Assembly: GCA_013812505.1 (NCBI GenBank)
Contig: JACCTH010000036.1
Span: 39,957 to 103,956, forward strand
DNA from: Acidimicrobiia bacterium
GTDB taxonomy: Bacteria > Actinomycetota > Acidimicrobiia > Spongiisociales > ZC4RG35
DNA length: 64,000 bases
Direction: 5' to 3'
The translations under genes were made by a program, and so were the position numbers. Below the pieces are notes generated by a model, which was not told the DNA's origin, did not search any database, and worked only from the letters and a program-made list of their open reading frames with translations. Below, in pieces: positions 46,907 through 57,974 of the stretch (the first letter of the stretch is position 1; the number at the start of each line of letters is the position of its first letter).

Positions 46907-48123
46907 ATGTCATCTTCGTCGAACCAAGCTTTCCGAGCTACCAGCGCGAGTTCGCTCGGGCTTTGAGCGCGGTCGGGGCGACTGTGATCGGGATCGGTGA
47001 GCGGCCGAAGGACTGGCTCGATCAAGAGGTCGCCGGCTGGCTGACCCATTACGAACAGGTGCGATCCGTCGTGGACGTCGATGCTCTTGAAGCTGCCGTG
47101 CGCGGGGTTCAACAGGCGGTCGAGGTGAATCGATTGGAAGCCACGATCGAAGCCCACGTCGAGGCGGCCGCCCAGGTGCGGGAGCGATGCGGGATTCCCG
47201 GCACTTCCGTGCGAACCGCCTACTTGTGCCGGGACAAGCCGGCAATGAAGGAGGCGCTGCGGCAGATCGGAGTTCCCACCGCGCAATCGGCCGGCGCCGA
47301 CAGCGCCGAGGAGCTCTTCGGCTTTGCCCACGCGGTTGGCTATCCGCTCATCATCAAGCCTCGCAGCGCAGCCGGCGCTTCCGGCACCGTCCGAGTCCAC
47401 AGCGACGACGAGCTGGCGGCGGCCATCCCCAGTCTCGGATTCCATTGGGGCCAGTCGGTGGCGGTGGAGGAGTTCATCGAGGGTCACGAGGGCTTCTATG
47501 ACACGATCTCGATCGACGGTCAGCCTGCGCACGAGTTTATCTCCCACTACTACCCCAACGTTCTTGAGGCGATGCGGACTCGATGGATCTCGCCGGTGTT
47601 CATCACCACCAATCGGATGGACGCCCCCGGTTATGACATTGTCAAGGCGCTCGGTCGTCAAGTCATCCCCGCCCTGGGAATCGACACCTCCGCCACCCAC
47701 ATGGAGTGGTTCTACGGGCCGAAGGGCTTAAAATTCTCCGAGATCGCCTGCCGCCCACCGGGAGTCGGCGCCTGGGATCTCTATTGCGCGGCGAATGACC
47801 TCGACGTGTATCAGGAATGGGCAATGGCGGTTTGTTGGGGCAAGGTCTCCCGACCTGCCTCGCGCCGGTACTCAGCCGGGATCATCGCTTTGCGGCCGGA
47901 TCGGGATGGGACCATCACCGGTTACGAGGGCATGGGCGAGGTGCAGCAGCGATATGGGCGCTTCATCATCGACTATCACCTCCCGCCCCCCGGCACCGGC
48001 ACACAACCGGTGGAGGCGGGCTACATGGCCAACGCCTGGATCCGGATGAAGCACGAGGACTACGACGAGCTGCGCAACATCCTCAACCACGTTGGTGGGG
48101 TTGTCCAGGTGCGAGCCAACTGA
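46903..48123 (+). CDS. ATP-grasp ligase, paralog C (406 aa)
   Basis: GTG 46903 overlaps the glgA TGA (GTGA). MNVIFVEPSFP, GYPLIIKP, EEFIEGHEGFYD, HMEWF, SEIACRPPG. Confidence 0.75.
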   Translation: MNVIFVEPSFPSYQREFARALSAVGATVIGIGERPKDWLDQEVAGWLTHYEQVRSVVDVDALEAAVRGVQQAVEVNRLEATIEAHVEAAAQVRERCGIPGTSVRTAYLCRDKPAMKEALRQIGVPTAQSAGADSAEELFGFAHAVGYPLIIKPRSAAGASGTVRVHSDDELAAAIPSLGFHWGQSVAVEEFIEGHEGFYDTISIDGQPAHEFISHYYPNVLEAMRTRWISPVFITTNRMDAPGYDIVKALGRQVIPALGIDTSATHMEWFYGPKGLKFSEIACRPPGVGAWDLYCAANDLDVYQEWAMAVCWGKVSRPASRRYSAGIIALRPDRDGTITGYEGMGEVQQRYGRFIIDYHLPPPGTGTQPVEAGYMANAWIRMKHEDYDELRNILNHVGGVVQVRAN

Positions 48124-48127
48124 ATAG

Positions 48128-49213
48128 ATGGGCTCACCGCCGGTCCTCGATCAGCTCCGCCATGCCGACGCGTCGGCGATCGATCGCTTCGTCGACGATC
48201 ACAAGTTCCCGTTGGTCGAGCCCGGACGGGCGATCTTCCTCTTTCGAGGCCGGGCCGACGCGGTCCACCTTAAGCCGATGATGGCGGGGTTTCCCGGACG
48301 CCACGGCTTCGATCGGCTCAATGGGCACGATCTCTGGTACCTCGAGCTGCCCTTGCCCGACGGCGCCCGTCTCGAATACAAGCTCGAGGTGCAGCGCGAT
48401 CATCACGCCGATTGGGTCAATGATCCGCTCAACCCCCTCACCAGCACGAACCCTTTTGGGACCAACTCGGTCTGTCGCGGTTACGGGTATCTGGTGCCCG
48501 ACTACGCCGAGGTTCATGCCGGGACCCCGACCGGCTCATTCTCCGATCGCTGGGTGAGATCACGGCTCGGCGGTGAGCGCAAGCTCACGATGTACACCCC
48601 GGCTGGCTACGACTCGTCGCGGAAATATCCGCTGTTGTTCATTCACGATGGCGGCGACTACCTCACCTATGGCTCGATGGCGCTCGTGCTCGACAACCTG
48701 ATACACCGTGGGGTCATCCCGCCGGTGATCGGTGCTTTCTCCTGGCCGGGTGATCGCCTCCACGAGTATGCCGCCAACGAAAATCAGGCCCGTTTTGTCG
48801 TCGAGGAAGCGCTTCCCCGAATCGAAGAGGACTACGACCTGGGTACGAAGGTCGTCATCGGAGCGAGCCTCGGGGCAGTGGCCGCGTTACACACCGCTTG
48901 GCGACATCCTCACGTGTTCGGCGGGCTCATGATGCAGTCGGGGACCTTCGCCCAAACCCGGGGATGGGGATCGGCCCAGCACCTCCTCGGGCCGATCGCC
49001 GACCTCCTCCATCGTCTACAACCTTCGCTGCTGCCGCGGCGGGTCTTCATCTCCTGCGGCACCTACGAGCGGATGATCGGAGAGAACCGATTCATGGCCC
49101 ACCGCCTTGAGCGAGCCGACCTTTCTGTCAAATATGTCGAAAGCCGGGACGGTCACACGTGGGAGGCGTGGCGTGACCGGCTGGCGGAAGGTTTGGCCTG
49201 GGTCTTGACGTGA
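48128..49213 (+). CDS. esterase (enterochelin-esterase/esterase-D-like, with an N-terminal beta-sandwich domain)
   Basis: N-terminal about 120 aa (..WYLELPLPDGARLEYKLEV..) followed by the hydrolase core with PLLFIHDGGDY and the nucleophile elbow GASLGA. Confidence 0.6.
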   Translation: MGSPPVLDQLRHADASAIDRFVDDHKFPLVEPGRAIFLFRGRADAVHLKPMMAGFPGRHGFDRLNGHDLWYLELPLPDGARLEYKLEVQRDHHADWVNDPLNPLTSTNPFGTNSVCRGYGYLVPDYAEVHAGTPTGSFSDRWVRSRLGGERKLTMYTPAGYDSSRKYPLLFIHDGGDYLTYGSMALVLDNLIHRGVIPPVIGAFSWPGDRLHEYAANENQARFVVEEALPRIEEDYDLGTKVVIGASLGAVAALHTAWRHPHVFGGLMMQSGTFAQTRGWGSAQHLLGPIADLLHRLQPSLLPRRVFISCGTYERMIGENRFMAHRLERADLSVKYVESRDGHTWEAWRDRLAEGLAWVLT

Positions 49214-49833
49214 CTGTCGTCACCGATCAGAACCCAGGTCCGCCCACCTTGCTGCCGATCACGCTCGCCGGCCACCACGTCACTCTGCGCCCGCCCCGAC
49301 AAGGTGACGCTGAACCGCTCTACGCCGATTCGCACGCTCAGCCGGAGCTGGTCTGGACCTACATGAGCTACGGACCTTGGCCCGATCGTGACGCTCTTGC
49401 CGACTGGGTCGGCGAAAGGGTCAGTTCGGTGGACCCGCTCTGGTTCACAGTCGTCGACAATCATCGCCAAACCCCGGTCGGGATGGCGACCATGCTGAAC
49501 TACGATCCCGTGCACCGGCGGCTCGAGCTCGGCCATATCTGGTACGTGGTCTCGGCTCAGGGCACTTTCGCCAATACCGAAGCCGCCTACCTGCTGTTGC
49601 GACACGCTTTCTGGGACTACCGGGCGCGGCGGGTGGAGTGGAAATGCGACTCTCGCAACGAGCGATCGCGGGCCGCGGCCTTGCGGCTCGGCTTCAGATT
49701 CGAGGGCATCTTCTCCCAGCACATGATCGTCAAAGGCCTCAACCGCGACACAGCTTGGTTTGCGATGACAGACAGCGAATGGCCCGAGGCGGCGGCCCGC
49801 ATGGAAGACAGGCTCTACCAAAACGACCGCTAG
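49210..49833 (+). CDS. GNAT N-acetyltransferase (RimJ/RimL-like)
   Basis: GTG overlaps the esterase TGA. The pattern LRPPRQGD...ELGHIWY...GTFANTEA..LLLRHAF...RVEWKCDSRNERSRAAALRLGF is typical of acetyltransferase_3-type GNATs. Confidence 0.7.
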   Translation: MTVVTDQNPGPPTLLPITLAGHHVTLRPPRQGDAEPLYADSHAQPELVWTYMSYGPWPDRDALADWVGERVSSVDPLWFTVVDNHRQTPVGMATMLNYDPVHRRLELGHIWYVVSAQGTFANTEAAYLLLRHAFWDYRARRVEWKCDSRNERSRAAALRLGFRFEGIFSQHMIVKGLNRDTAWFAMTDSEWPEAAARMEDRLYQNDR

Positions 49834-49880
49834 GTTTCTCCGCCCCTCCGGGGGGAGTGACAGGCTGCCACACTTAGGAC

Positions 49881-50468
49881 ATGGCGCATGTTTCCAAGTT
49901 CCTGGTCAAGCAACGAATCACGATGATGGTCAACCGCTATGAGGTCCGCGAGGCGAACGCGGATGGTTCCGAGGGTGCCCTGCTGGCCTTCGCGCAGCAG
50001 AAGCGGATGCAGTTCAAAGAAGAGGTCAACTTCTACGCCGACGAGGGACGTACCCAGAAGCTCTTCTCGTTCAAAGCTCGCCAGGGATTGGACGTCCGCG
50101 CCGAGCACGATGTCTTCGACGAGCACGGCAATGCGATCGGCTACTTCAAGAAGGAGTTCGCCGCCAGCTTGCTCCGTTCGACCTGGCAGATGTCATACGC
50201 CGGCGTGAACACAAGGGGCCAAGAGCGCAACGAACTCATCGCCATTCTCAGGCGGATCTGGGAATGGATCCCCGTCGTTGGCGACATTTGGATCCCCTTC
50301 CTGTTCCACTTCGACTTTGTCGACCAGGCGACCGGCGAGCAGGTGATGAGCAGCGAACGCAAAGTTGCGATTCGCGACCGGTACGTCGTCCACGTCCCCG
50401 ACTCCCGCCTCGACTTCCCAGTCGCCGCCTCGATGGCGGTCGCCCTGGATGCCCTCCAAAGCCGCTAA
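49881..50468 (+). CDS. LURP-one-related/DUF567-like (tubby C-terminal-like fold) protein
   Basis: 195 aa. Tentative family resemblance only (..KQRITMMVNRYEV...F.FK......V.D..G..IG...K.). Confidence 0.4.
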   Translation: MAHVSKFLVKQRITMMVNRYEVREANADGSEGALLAFAQQKRMQFKEEVNFYADEGRTQKLFSFKARQGLDVRAEHDVFDEHGNAIGYFKKEFAASLLRSTWQMSYAGVNTRGQERNELIAILRRIWEWIPVVGDIWIPFLFHFDFVDQATGEQVMSSERKVAIRDRYVVHVPDSRLDFPVAASMAVALDALQSR

Positions 50469-50505
50469 ATCCGCGAACCCAGGGTTCGTATACGTGTTGG
50501 ACACG
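50466..50505. repeat. family C palindromic element, copy 3
   Basis: taaatccgcgaacccagggttcgtatacgtgttggacacgg. Starts at the stop codon at 50466..50468. Confidence 0.8.
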
Positions 50506-50524
50506 GACTCCAGCCCACAGAACA

Positions 50525-50554
50525 AGAAAACCCGGTCCGCAGACCGGGTTTTCT
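50525..50554. terminator. bidirectional intrinsic terminator
   Basis: 13-bp stem agaaaacccggtc / gaccgggttttct with loop cgca. A/T tracts on both sides. Lies between convergent stops at 50468 (+) and 50574 (-, groEL). Confidence 0.7.
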
Positions 50555-50573
50555 TCGATTAACAACGCTTCGC

Positions 50574-52513
<1,940 letters not shown>

Positions 52514-52538
52514 CTAACCCTCCTGTCTAGTGAACGAG

Positions 52539-52565
52539 TTAGCACTCGCCTCTTGGGAGTGCTAA
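52539..52565. promoter_or_regulatory. CIRCE operator (HrcA binding site), proximal copy
   Basis: ttagcactc-gcctcttgg-gagtgctaa is a perfect match to TTAGCACTC-N9-GAGTGCTAA. 26 nt upstream of the groES ATG. Confidence 0.9.
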
Positions 52566-52573
52566 CGACAAAT

Positions 52574-52600
52574 TTAGCACTCGCCGAGAGTGAGTGCTAA
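52574..52600. promoter_or_regulatory. CIRCE operator, distal copy
   Basis: ttagcactc-gccgagagt-gagtgctaa, also a perfect consensus. 8 nt from the proximal copy. Confidence 0.9.
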
Positions 52601-52612
52601 TTGCCCCGATTC

Positions 52613-52665
52613 CGTTTTCGCTACCAAAGCGGCACTTCGGAGGTGCCGATTTGGTGATAAAAACG
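52613..52665. repeat. 53-nt palindromic element, family A copy 3 (degenerate left arm)
   Basis: cgttttcgctaccaaagcggcacttcggaggtgccgatttggtgataaaaacg. Lies between the tsaD stop (52670) and the groES control region. Confidence 0.8.
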
Positions 52666-52669
52666 TTGT

Positions 52670-53674
52670 TTACCCGAGACGGCGGCCGGGATCGACTGTG
52701 GCCGTCCAGTCGCTCAGGTCTCCCCGTTCGAGGTGTAACAACGCAGCGACGCCGATCATGGCGGCATTGTCAGTGCAGAGCTCGGGTCGCGGCAGGCAAA
52801 CCTTGACTCCCCGCGCTGTGGCTTCCTCGGTCAGGCGGGCTCGCAGCCGGCGGTTGGCGATGACCCCACCCCCCGCCCCGAGAACCTTGACCCCGGTGTC
52901 GGCGACGGCCCGCATCGTCTTTTGGACGAGCACATCAACAATCGCCTCCTGCACCGAGGCGGCGACATCGGCCAGCGGCGGCAGCTCACCCGCCGCCTTG
53001 GCCTTGCGCACAAACGTCGCCACCGAAGTCTTGAGTCCGGAGAAGGAGACGGCGTAGGGGCGATCAGCTAGCGCGCGCGGGAAGGCCACCGCGGCCGGGT
53101 CGCCGTCCTCGGCAGCCAGATCGATCGCCGGTCCACCCGGAAACCCGAGGCCCAGGAGGCGAGCGAGCTTGTCAAACGCTTCCCCGGCGGCGTCATCGAT
53201 TGTCTCGCCCATCACCCGGTACTCCCCCCAATGGCTCACGTGCACGATCTGGGAATGACCGCCCGAGGCGAGCAACACCACCGCTGGCGGAGCAAAGTCC
53301 TCGAACTCGAGACGCGGCGCCATCAAATGACCCTCCATATGGTCAACCCCAACGAAGGGCAGTTGACGAGCCCAGGCCGTAGCCTTGGCAAACGAGTGGC
53401 CGACGAGGAGCGCGCCGACCAACCCAGGCCCATTGGTTGCCGCCACCGCATCAAGGTCGGCGGGATGGACGCCGGACTCGACCAGCGCCTTGTGAGTGAG
53501 CGGCCGGATCGACTCGACATGAGCTCGCGCCGCCACCTCCGGCACCACCCCCCCGAACCGCGCATGGAGGTCGACCTGCGATGACAGCACCGAGGACAAC
53601 ACCTCCGTCCCGCGCACAACCGCCACCGCGGTCTCGTCGCAACTCGTTTCGAAGGCGAGGATCAACGGGTTCAC
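52670..53674 (-). CDS. tsaD: tRNA N6-adenosine threonylcarbamoyltransferase
   Basis: ILAFETSCDETAVAVV, VDHMEGHL. GTGA overlap with rimI. Conserved tsaE-tsaB-rimI-tsaD order. Confidence 0.9.
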   Translation of the reverse strand: MNPLILAFETSCDETAVAVVRGTEVLSSVLSSQVDLHARFGGVVPEVAARAHVESIRPLTHKALVESGVHPADLDAVAATNGPGLVGALLVGHSFAKATAWARQLPFVGVDHMEGHLMAPRLEFEDFAPPAVVLLASGGHSQIVHVSHWGEYRVMGETIDDAAGEAFDKLARLLGLGFPGGPAIDLAAEDGDPAAVAFPRALADRPYAVSFSGLKTSVATFVRKAKAAGELPPLADVAASVQEAIVDVLVQKTMRAVADTGVKVLGAGGGVIANRRLRARLTEEATARGVKVCLPRPELCTDNAAMIGVAALLHLERGDLSDWTATVDPGRRLG

Positions 53675-54168
53675 GAAGCGACCTCGACGCCCGCCCTGAT
53701 CGAGTCGAGACGTTCCGAGTATTCAGGCCGATCGATGTCGTGGACCCACATGATCAAGGCGTCCTCGTCGCGGTAGTAGCGCTTGCGGATCCCCACCGGC
53801 GCCATCCCGAACTTGGTGTAGAGCGACTGCGCATTCTTGTTCGACGCCCGAACTTCGAGCGTGAGGCTGCGGGCTCCCGCTTCTCGGGCCTCGTCGGCGA
53901 GGGCGAGCATGAGGCGGGTGCCGATCGCCCTGCCGCGTTGGGCGGGATCGACTGTGAGAGAGGTGATGTGAGCCTCGGGCAGCACCAACATCACACCGCC
54001 GTACCCGACCACCGCCCCTTCAGCCTCGGCGACGAGATACTCCCGGCCGGAGGCGACGAGCTCATCGAGAAAGATCGTCTCCGTCCACGGCATCGAATAC
54101 GTCTGCTCTTCGATCACGAGGCACCGCTCGATGTCGCCTTGGGTCATTCGGCGGACTAGCTCGACCAC
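53671..54168 (-). CDS. rimI: ribosomal-protein-alanine N-acetyltransferase
   Basis: GNAT motif QRGRAIGTRLMLAL. Sits between tsaB and tsaD. Confidence 0.8.
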   Translation of the reverse strand: MVELVRRMTQGDIERCLVIEEQTYSMPWTETIFLDELVASGREYLVAEAEGAVVGYGGVMLVLPEAHITSLTVDPAQRGRAIGTRLMLALADEAREAGARSLTLEVRASNKNAQSLYTKFGMAPVGIRKRYYRDEDALIMWVHDIDRPEYSERLDSIRAGVEVAS

Positions 54169-54860
54169 GGGCTCTCCGGATTGAGCTTTTCCCAGTTGAG
54201 GGAGACATCGGGCTCGCGGAGATAGAGCGGGACCGCGCTATCGGAATGAAAGTTGTCTCGCTCGAGCTTGGACATCCCGATCTCGAGCAGCGCTCGCACC
54301 GACGGGTAGCGCGGTCGACCGGTCTTAACCCGGTGCTGACCTCGCAAAACCCACTCGGGGATGCCGGCGGCGTCTCCCACCACCAACGGATCGCTGGGGT
54401 CGGACATGAGTTGCTGCTGCAGCCGATCAGGGGTGAGCAGCACAGGCTCGCTGCTCCGGACCACGCCTCCGGGGACAGGTCGATAGGTGGCGACCGCCAG
54501 CTCACCCCGGCGAACATCAACGACGGAGTAGATGTGACGATGACCTGTCGTCGCCGCTAGAGCTTGGGCATCGAGCGAGATCGCCGTGAGTAGTGGTATC
54601 CCAAGCGCCGAGGCCATCCCTTGAGCGACTGCGATCCCGACCCGGATGCCGGTGAAGAGACCAGGCCCGACATCGACGACGATGGCGTCAAGCTCGTCGG
54701 GAAACCAGCCTGCTTGATCAAGGGCGAAGTCGGTCGCGGAGACGACAAAGCCGGCATGCCCGGTGCGATCAACCCGGGTGGCCGTGGCCATCACCTGGCG
54801 ATCCTCGGCGAGGGCCACAGCCGATTGGGCTGTGGCAGTTTCGATCGCCAGCAGCTTCAA
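54156..54860 (-). CDS. tsaB: tRNA t6A biosynthesis protein TsaB
   Basis: MKLLAIETAT..., GPGLFTGIRVGIA. Confidence 0.85.
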   Translation of the reverse strand: MKLLAIETATAQSAVALAEDRQVMATATRVDRTGHAGFVVSATDFALDQAGWFPDELDAIVVDVGPGLFTGIRVGIAVAQGMASALGIPLLTAISLDAQALAATTGHRHIYSVVDVRRGELAVATYRPVPGGVVRSSEPVLLTPDRLQQQLMSDPSDPLVVGDAAGIPEWVLRGQHRVKTGRPRYPSVRALLEIGMSKLERDNFHSDSAVPLYLREPDVSLNWEKLNPESPWSS

Positions 54861-55300
54861 ATTGCTTCGCTCTCTAAGCGATCGACCCAGCTCCCCTGTG
54901 GGCTGAAGGTGACGATCCGGCTCGAGTCGTCGGCGACCTCGAAGTCGATTCGGAGATGGTCGGCAGGCAGGAAATCTACGACGACATCACCCCACTCCAC
55001 CACCAACACGCCGGGCTCCCCCCAGAGATCGAGATCCTCGAATTCGTGCTTGGAGCGGAGCCGGTAGACGTCGGCGTGGACGAGGGGGATGAAGCCCGAC
55101 CGATAACGCCGGACGAGGACGAACGACGGACTGGTAACTGGCTCGTCCACCCCGAGCCCCATAGCAACTCCCCCGGTGAACAGGGTCTTGCCGCAGCCGA
55201 GCTCGCCGCTCAAGACCAGCACATCTCCAGGTTTCAGGCGGGAGGCGAGAAGCCCTCCCAACCGAGCTGTATCGGCCGGCTCTTGGCAAACCACCGTCAT
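54857..55300 (-). CDS. tsaE: tRNA t6A biosynthesis ATPase TsaE
   Basis: Start at ATG 55300 (MTVVCQEP..), overlapping the UDG stop (ATGA). P-loop LSGELGCGKT. ..HADVYRL. The 104 upstream codons of the track ORF are rejected. Confidence 0.85.
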   Translation of the reverse strand: MTVVCQEPADTARLGGLLASRLKPGDVLVLSGELGCGKTLFTGGVAMGLGVDEPVTSPSFVLVRRYRSGFIPLVHADVYRLRSKHEFEDLDLWGEPGVLVVEWGDVVVDFLPADHLRIDFEVADDSSRIVTFSPQGSWVDRLESEAI

Positions 55301-55908
55301 GCGAAAAGATTCATCTGCGCCGGTTGCGGAGGTATGACCACCGGACGTTGCCGGGGGACCGCGAGCGCTTCGCGGATCAGCTCGAAGTCCTTTTGCATCT
55401 CGGGGATCAGCTTTTGCTGGGAGCGCAGGGCCGCCGCCGGATGAAAGGTTGGAATGAGGAGCCGACCCTGCCACCAGGGATAGCGACGGCCCCGCAGTCG
55501 GGTGATCCCGGTCTCGGTGCGCAGCAGCAACTTGGAGGCAAAGTTTCCCAACGTAACCAAAACGTTGGGGTCGATCAGCGAGATCTGGCTCCGGAGATAG
55601 CCCTTGCAACAATCGATCTCGTCGGGGAGCGGGTCACGGTTCCCCGGTGGCCGGCACTTGATCACGTTGGCGATGTAGACGTCTTCACGGTTGAGCCCGA
55701 TCTCAGAAAGCAGACGGTTCAGGAGTTGGCCCGCAGCTCCGACGAAGGGCTCGCCCTGCCGATCTTCGTTCATTCCGGGCGCCTCGCCGACAAACATCAG
55801 ATCGGCCTCCGGATCGCCCACACCGAAGACGACCTGGGTCCGAGTCGCCGCCAGCTGGCACTTGGTACAGACGACAGCTACGGCTTCGAGTTCTAGCAGC
55901 TCCTCCAT
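55297..55908 (-). CDS. uracil-DNA glycosylase, family 4
   Basis: C..C...R...VFG.G...[18 protein letters not shown] pattern ([47 protein letters not shown]). Confidence 0.8.
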   Translation of the reverse strand: MEELLELEAVAVVCTKCQLAATRTQVVFGVGDPEADLMFVGEAPGMNEDRQGEPFVGAAGQLLNRLLSEIGLNREDVYIANVIKCRPPGNRDPLPDEIDCCKGYLRSQISLIDPNVLVTLGNFASKLLLRTETGITRLRGRRYPWWQGRLLIPTFHPAAALRSQQKLIPEMQKDFELIREALAVPRQRPVVIPPQPAQMNLFA

Positions 55909-56139
55909 TGCCGGTGAAGGTTACCGACGCCATTGTTCCGATATGAGACCGAGATCCGAACAGGCGAAGTTCGTCAAAGGTCGAAGCGGTTGCGTTGCAC
56001 CGGGCCACCTTCGTAGAGGATCTGTCGATAGCCGTCGACGCGTAACCCGGCCGCAAGTGGTCGAGCTACCTCGGCAAACCGGGCTACTCGCGCGATCATC
56101 GACGCCGTCAACATCATCCGCTGCGAGAGCTGTGGCGTT

Positions 56140-56598
56140 TTAGCCTTCGGCAGGCTTGGGAACGGCCTTGGACCCAAAAAGAAGCCGAGCACTGAGGGCG
56201 ACCTGAGCTACCGAGAGCATGACCGAGATCAACGACGAGCCTCCGCCGCTGAAAACCAAGGCCAGGTCGACTAGTCCGACAATCGCCGTGACGAAGATGA
56301 TCCAGATTCCCCAGCGCTCCTTGCGAAGCAGCCCGACGATTCCAGCGCCAAAGGCGATCGCGTTGAGAACAAGGATCGCAATCAGGATTCCCGAGATGGA
56401 CTCGCCGACGCCGGCTGCGAATGCGAATAGCACCAGCGCCAAGACAACTAGACCTAGCCGCAGGAAACTAATCCAAATGAGCGCTCTCCGAAGCTGGATA
56501 TATCTGTCAGCCTGAGCGTGAGGCTCAGGGATGAGCCCGCCCAGGGGCGCGGGAGATGGGACGGTCATTTTCCTCCTGCGTTGGATCAGCCACAGCAA
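56140..56598 (-). CDS. small integral membrane protein (4 TM)
   Basis: Hydrophobic segments only. No family recognised. The start may be at the internal Met (MTVPSPAP). Confidence 0.5.
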   Translation of the reverse strand: MLWLIQRRRKMTVPSPAPLGGLIPEPHAQADRYIQLRRALIWISFLRLGLVVLALVLFAFAAGVGESISGILIAILVLNAIAFGAGIVGLLRKERWGIWIIFVTAIVGLVDLALVFSGGGSSLISVMLSVAQVALSARLLFGSKAVPKPAEG

Positions 56599-56749
56599 TC
56601 ACCTGAAATCTACTTTCAGTCCAGGTTCGAGAACCGGCTGGTGGCATCAGCACGCCCCCAAGGACGGCGATCGAAAGGATGTTGCCGCAACGATCGGCAA
56701 CGCTGGTTCTCGCCGGAGCTACGAGGCTGGAGTCAGAACCGATCGGGGG

Positions 56750-57121
56750 TCAGACTGCGAGGCTCGCCTTGTCATCCGCGGCGCGAACGGAAGCCTTGGC
56801 GACCAGCGAACCGAGTTCGACTATCTCGAGCAGGCGACGAACCGGTCGCGAAGGCTCGCTGATCGACACCCCGCCGATGTCACCGTCGAACAACGAAAGG
56901 AGCGCCCGGAGGCCGCCCAGATCGAGAAATGTGATATGTCCAAGCTCGTAGACCACCCGGGTCGCACGATATTTGAAGGGAAGCAATTGATCGCGAAGCG
57001 ACGGGGCAGTGGCGATGTCGAGCTCACCGCTAAGCGTCACAACAAGGGTGTTGGCATCCAAACGGAAACAAGCAGAAAAAACCGAGTCGTTCGTCGAGTG
57101 ATGTCCGCTTGCGACGTCCAC
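56750..57121 (-). CDS. STAS-domain protein (anti-sigma-factor antagonist-like)
   Basis: ..LVVTLSGELDIATAPSLRDQL..., ..ITFLDLGGLRALL.. is typical of the SpoIIAA/STAS fold. Confidence 0.7.
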   Translation of the reverse strand: MDVASGHHSTNDSVFSACFRLDANTLVVTLSGELDIATAPSLRDQLLPFKYRATRVVYELGHITFLDLGGLRALLSLFDGDIGGVSISEPSRPVRRLLEIVELGSLVAKASVRAADDKASLAV

Positions 57122-57148
57122 AGTGCTGGCCTCCCCGCTAGGAAAGTG

Positions 57149-57974
57149 TTACCAGGGTCCCGAGTAGCTGGGAAAACGATACCTCGCTCCAGACGCCCTT
57201 GTAAGCCCTCTTACGCCCGGGGCGCGACTTCGTTGGGGATCCAGGGTGCGATCGACGATTCGTCTGGCAGTCTCGGTCAGACCGAGGTTGTGATCCCTGG
57301 CATATTTGCGAATCCGATTGAAGGCCTCATCGATCGATATTCCTACTCGCTGAGCAATAAAACCCTTGGCTTGTTCGATTGCGATTCGGCTGTTCAAAGC
57401 CGTTTGGAGCTGGTCGATGACCATCCGGGCGTCTCTTACGGCCTTGTCTTGGAGGATCCCAATCGTGGCAACGTCGGCAAGAGCTTGCGCCGAAGCCAGG
57501 TCCTCGCTCGGCATCTCCCCCGGCGTGACCCGGAACAAGTTCATCGCTCCCAATGACTCCGTCCGCAGTCGCATGGGCAGCGCCGTCACCGCCCGAAAGC
57601 CGGCTTCCTGTATCGCCGACGAGAGCGTCGGCCAGCGCTCCTGTGCGTGGGCGTCAGCGATGTCGGAAACCACAACCGTTTGGCCGAACTCGTATGCGTC
57701 CAGGCAGGGACCCTCGTCCGTTCTGAATCTGGAGCACCTCGATGAGATGCGTAGCTTCGCTGGTCGCCGCCACAACATGCAATTGTCCGCCCGCATCGGT
57801 TATGACGATGCCCGCCTGATCGGCCGCAAAGATTTCGGCGGAGATTTCGACCAACCGATAGAAGAGCTCGGCGACATCGAACTCTCTGACAAGCGTGTCG
57901 GCCAGCGAAACAAATGTGTCCGCCAGGCGCCTTTCCCGCACGGTCATAGTCTCATTTTTAACAACCTCTTTCAA
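57149..57974 (-). pseudogene. GAF-ANTAR regulator gene split by one frameshift
   Basis: The N-terminal piece (ORF 57654..57974: ..LADTFVSLADTLVREFDV..AATSEATHLIEVLQIQN) and the C-terminal piece (ORF 57149..57796: DEGPCLDAYEFGQTVVVSD...ANTAR motif IEQAKGFIAQRVGISIDEAFNRIRKYARDHN) join only with a 1-nt shift near 57715. Confidence 0.65.

Noticed and set aside
55974-56192. 72-aa minus-strand ORF in the 230-bp gap between the UDG gene and the small membrane protein gene
   Set aside because: Its 5' part overlaps the membrane-protein gene. There is no RBS, motif or family resemblance. A 47-aa product from the internal Met cannot be excluded, but it is unsupported.
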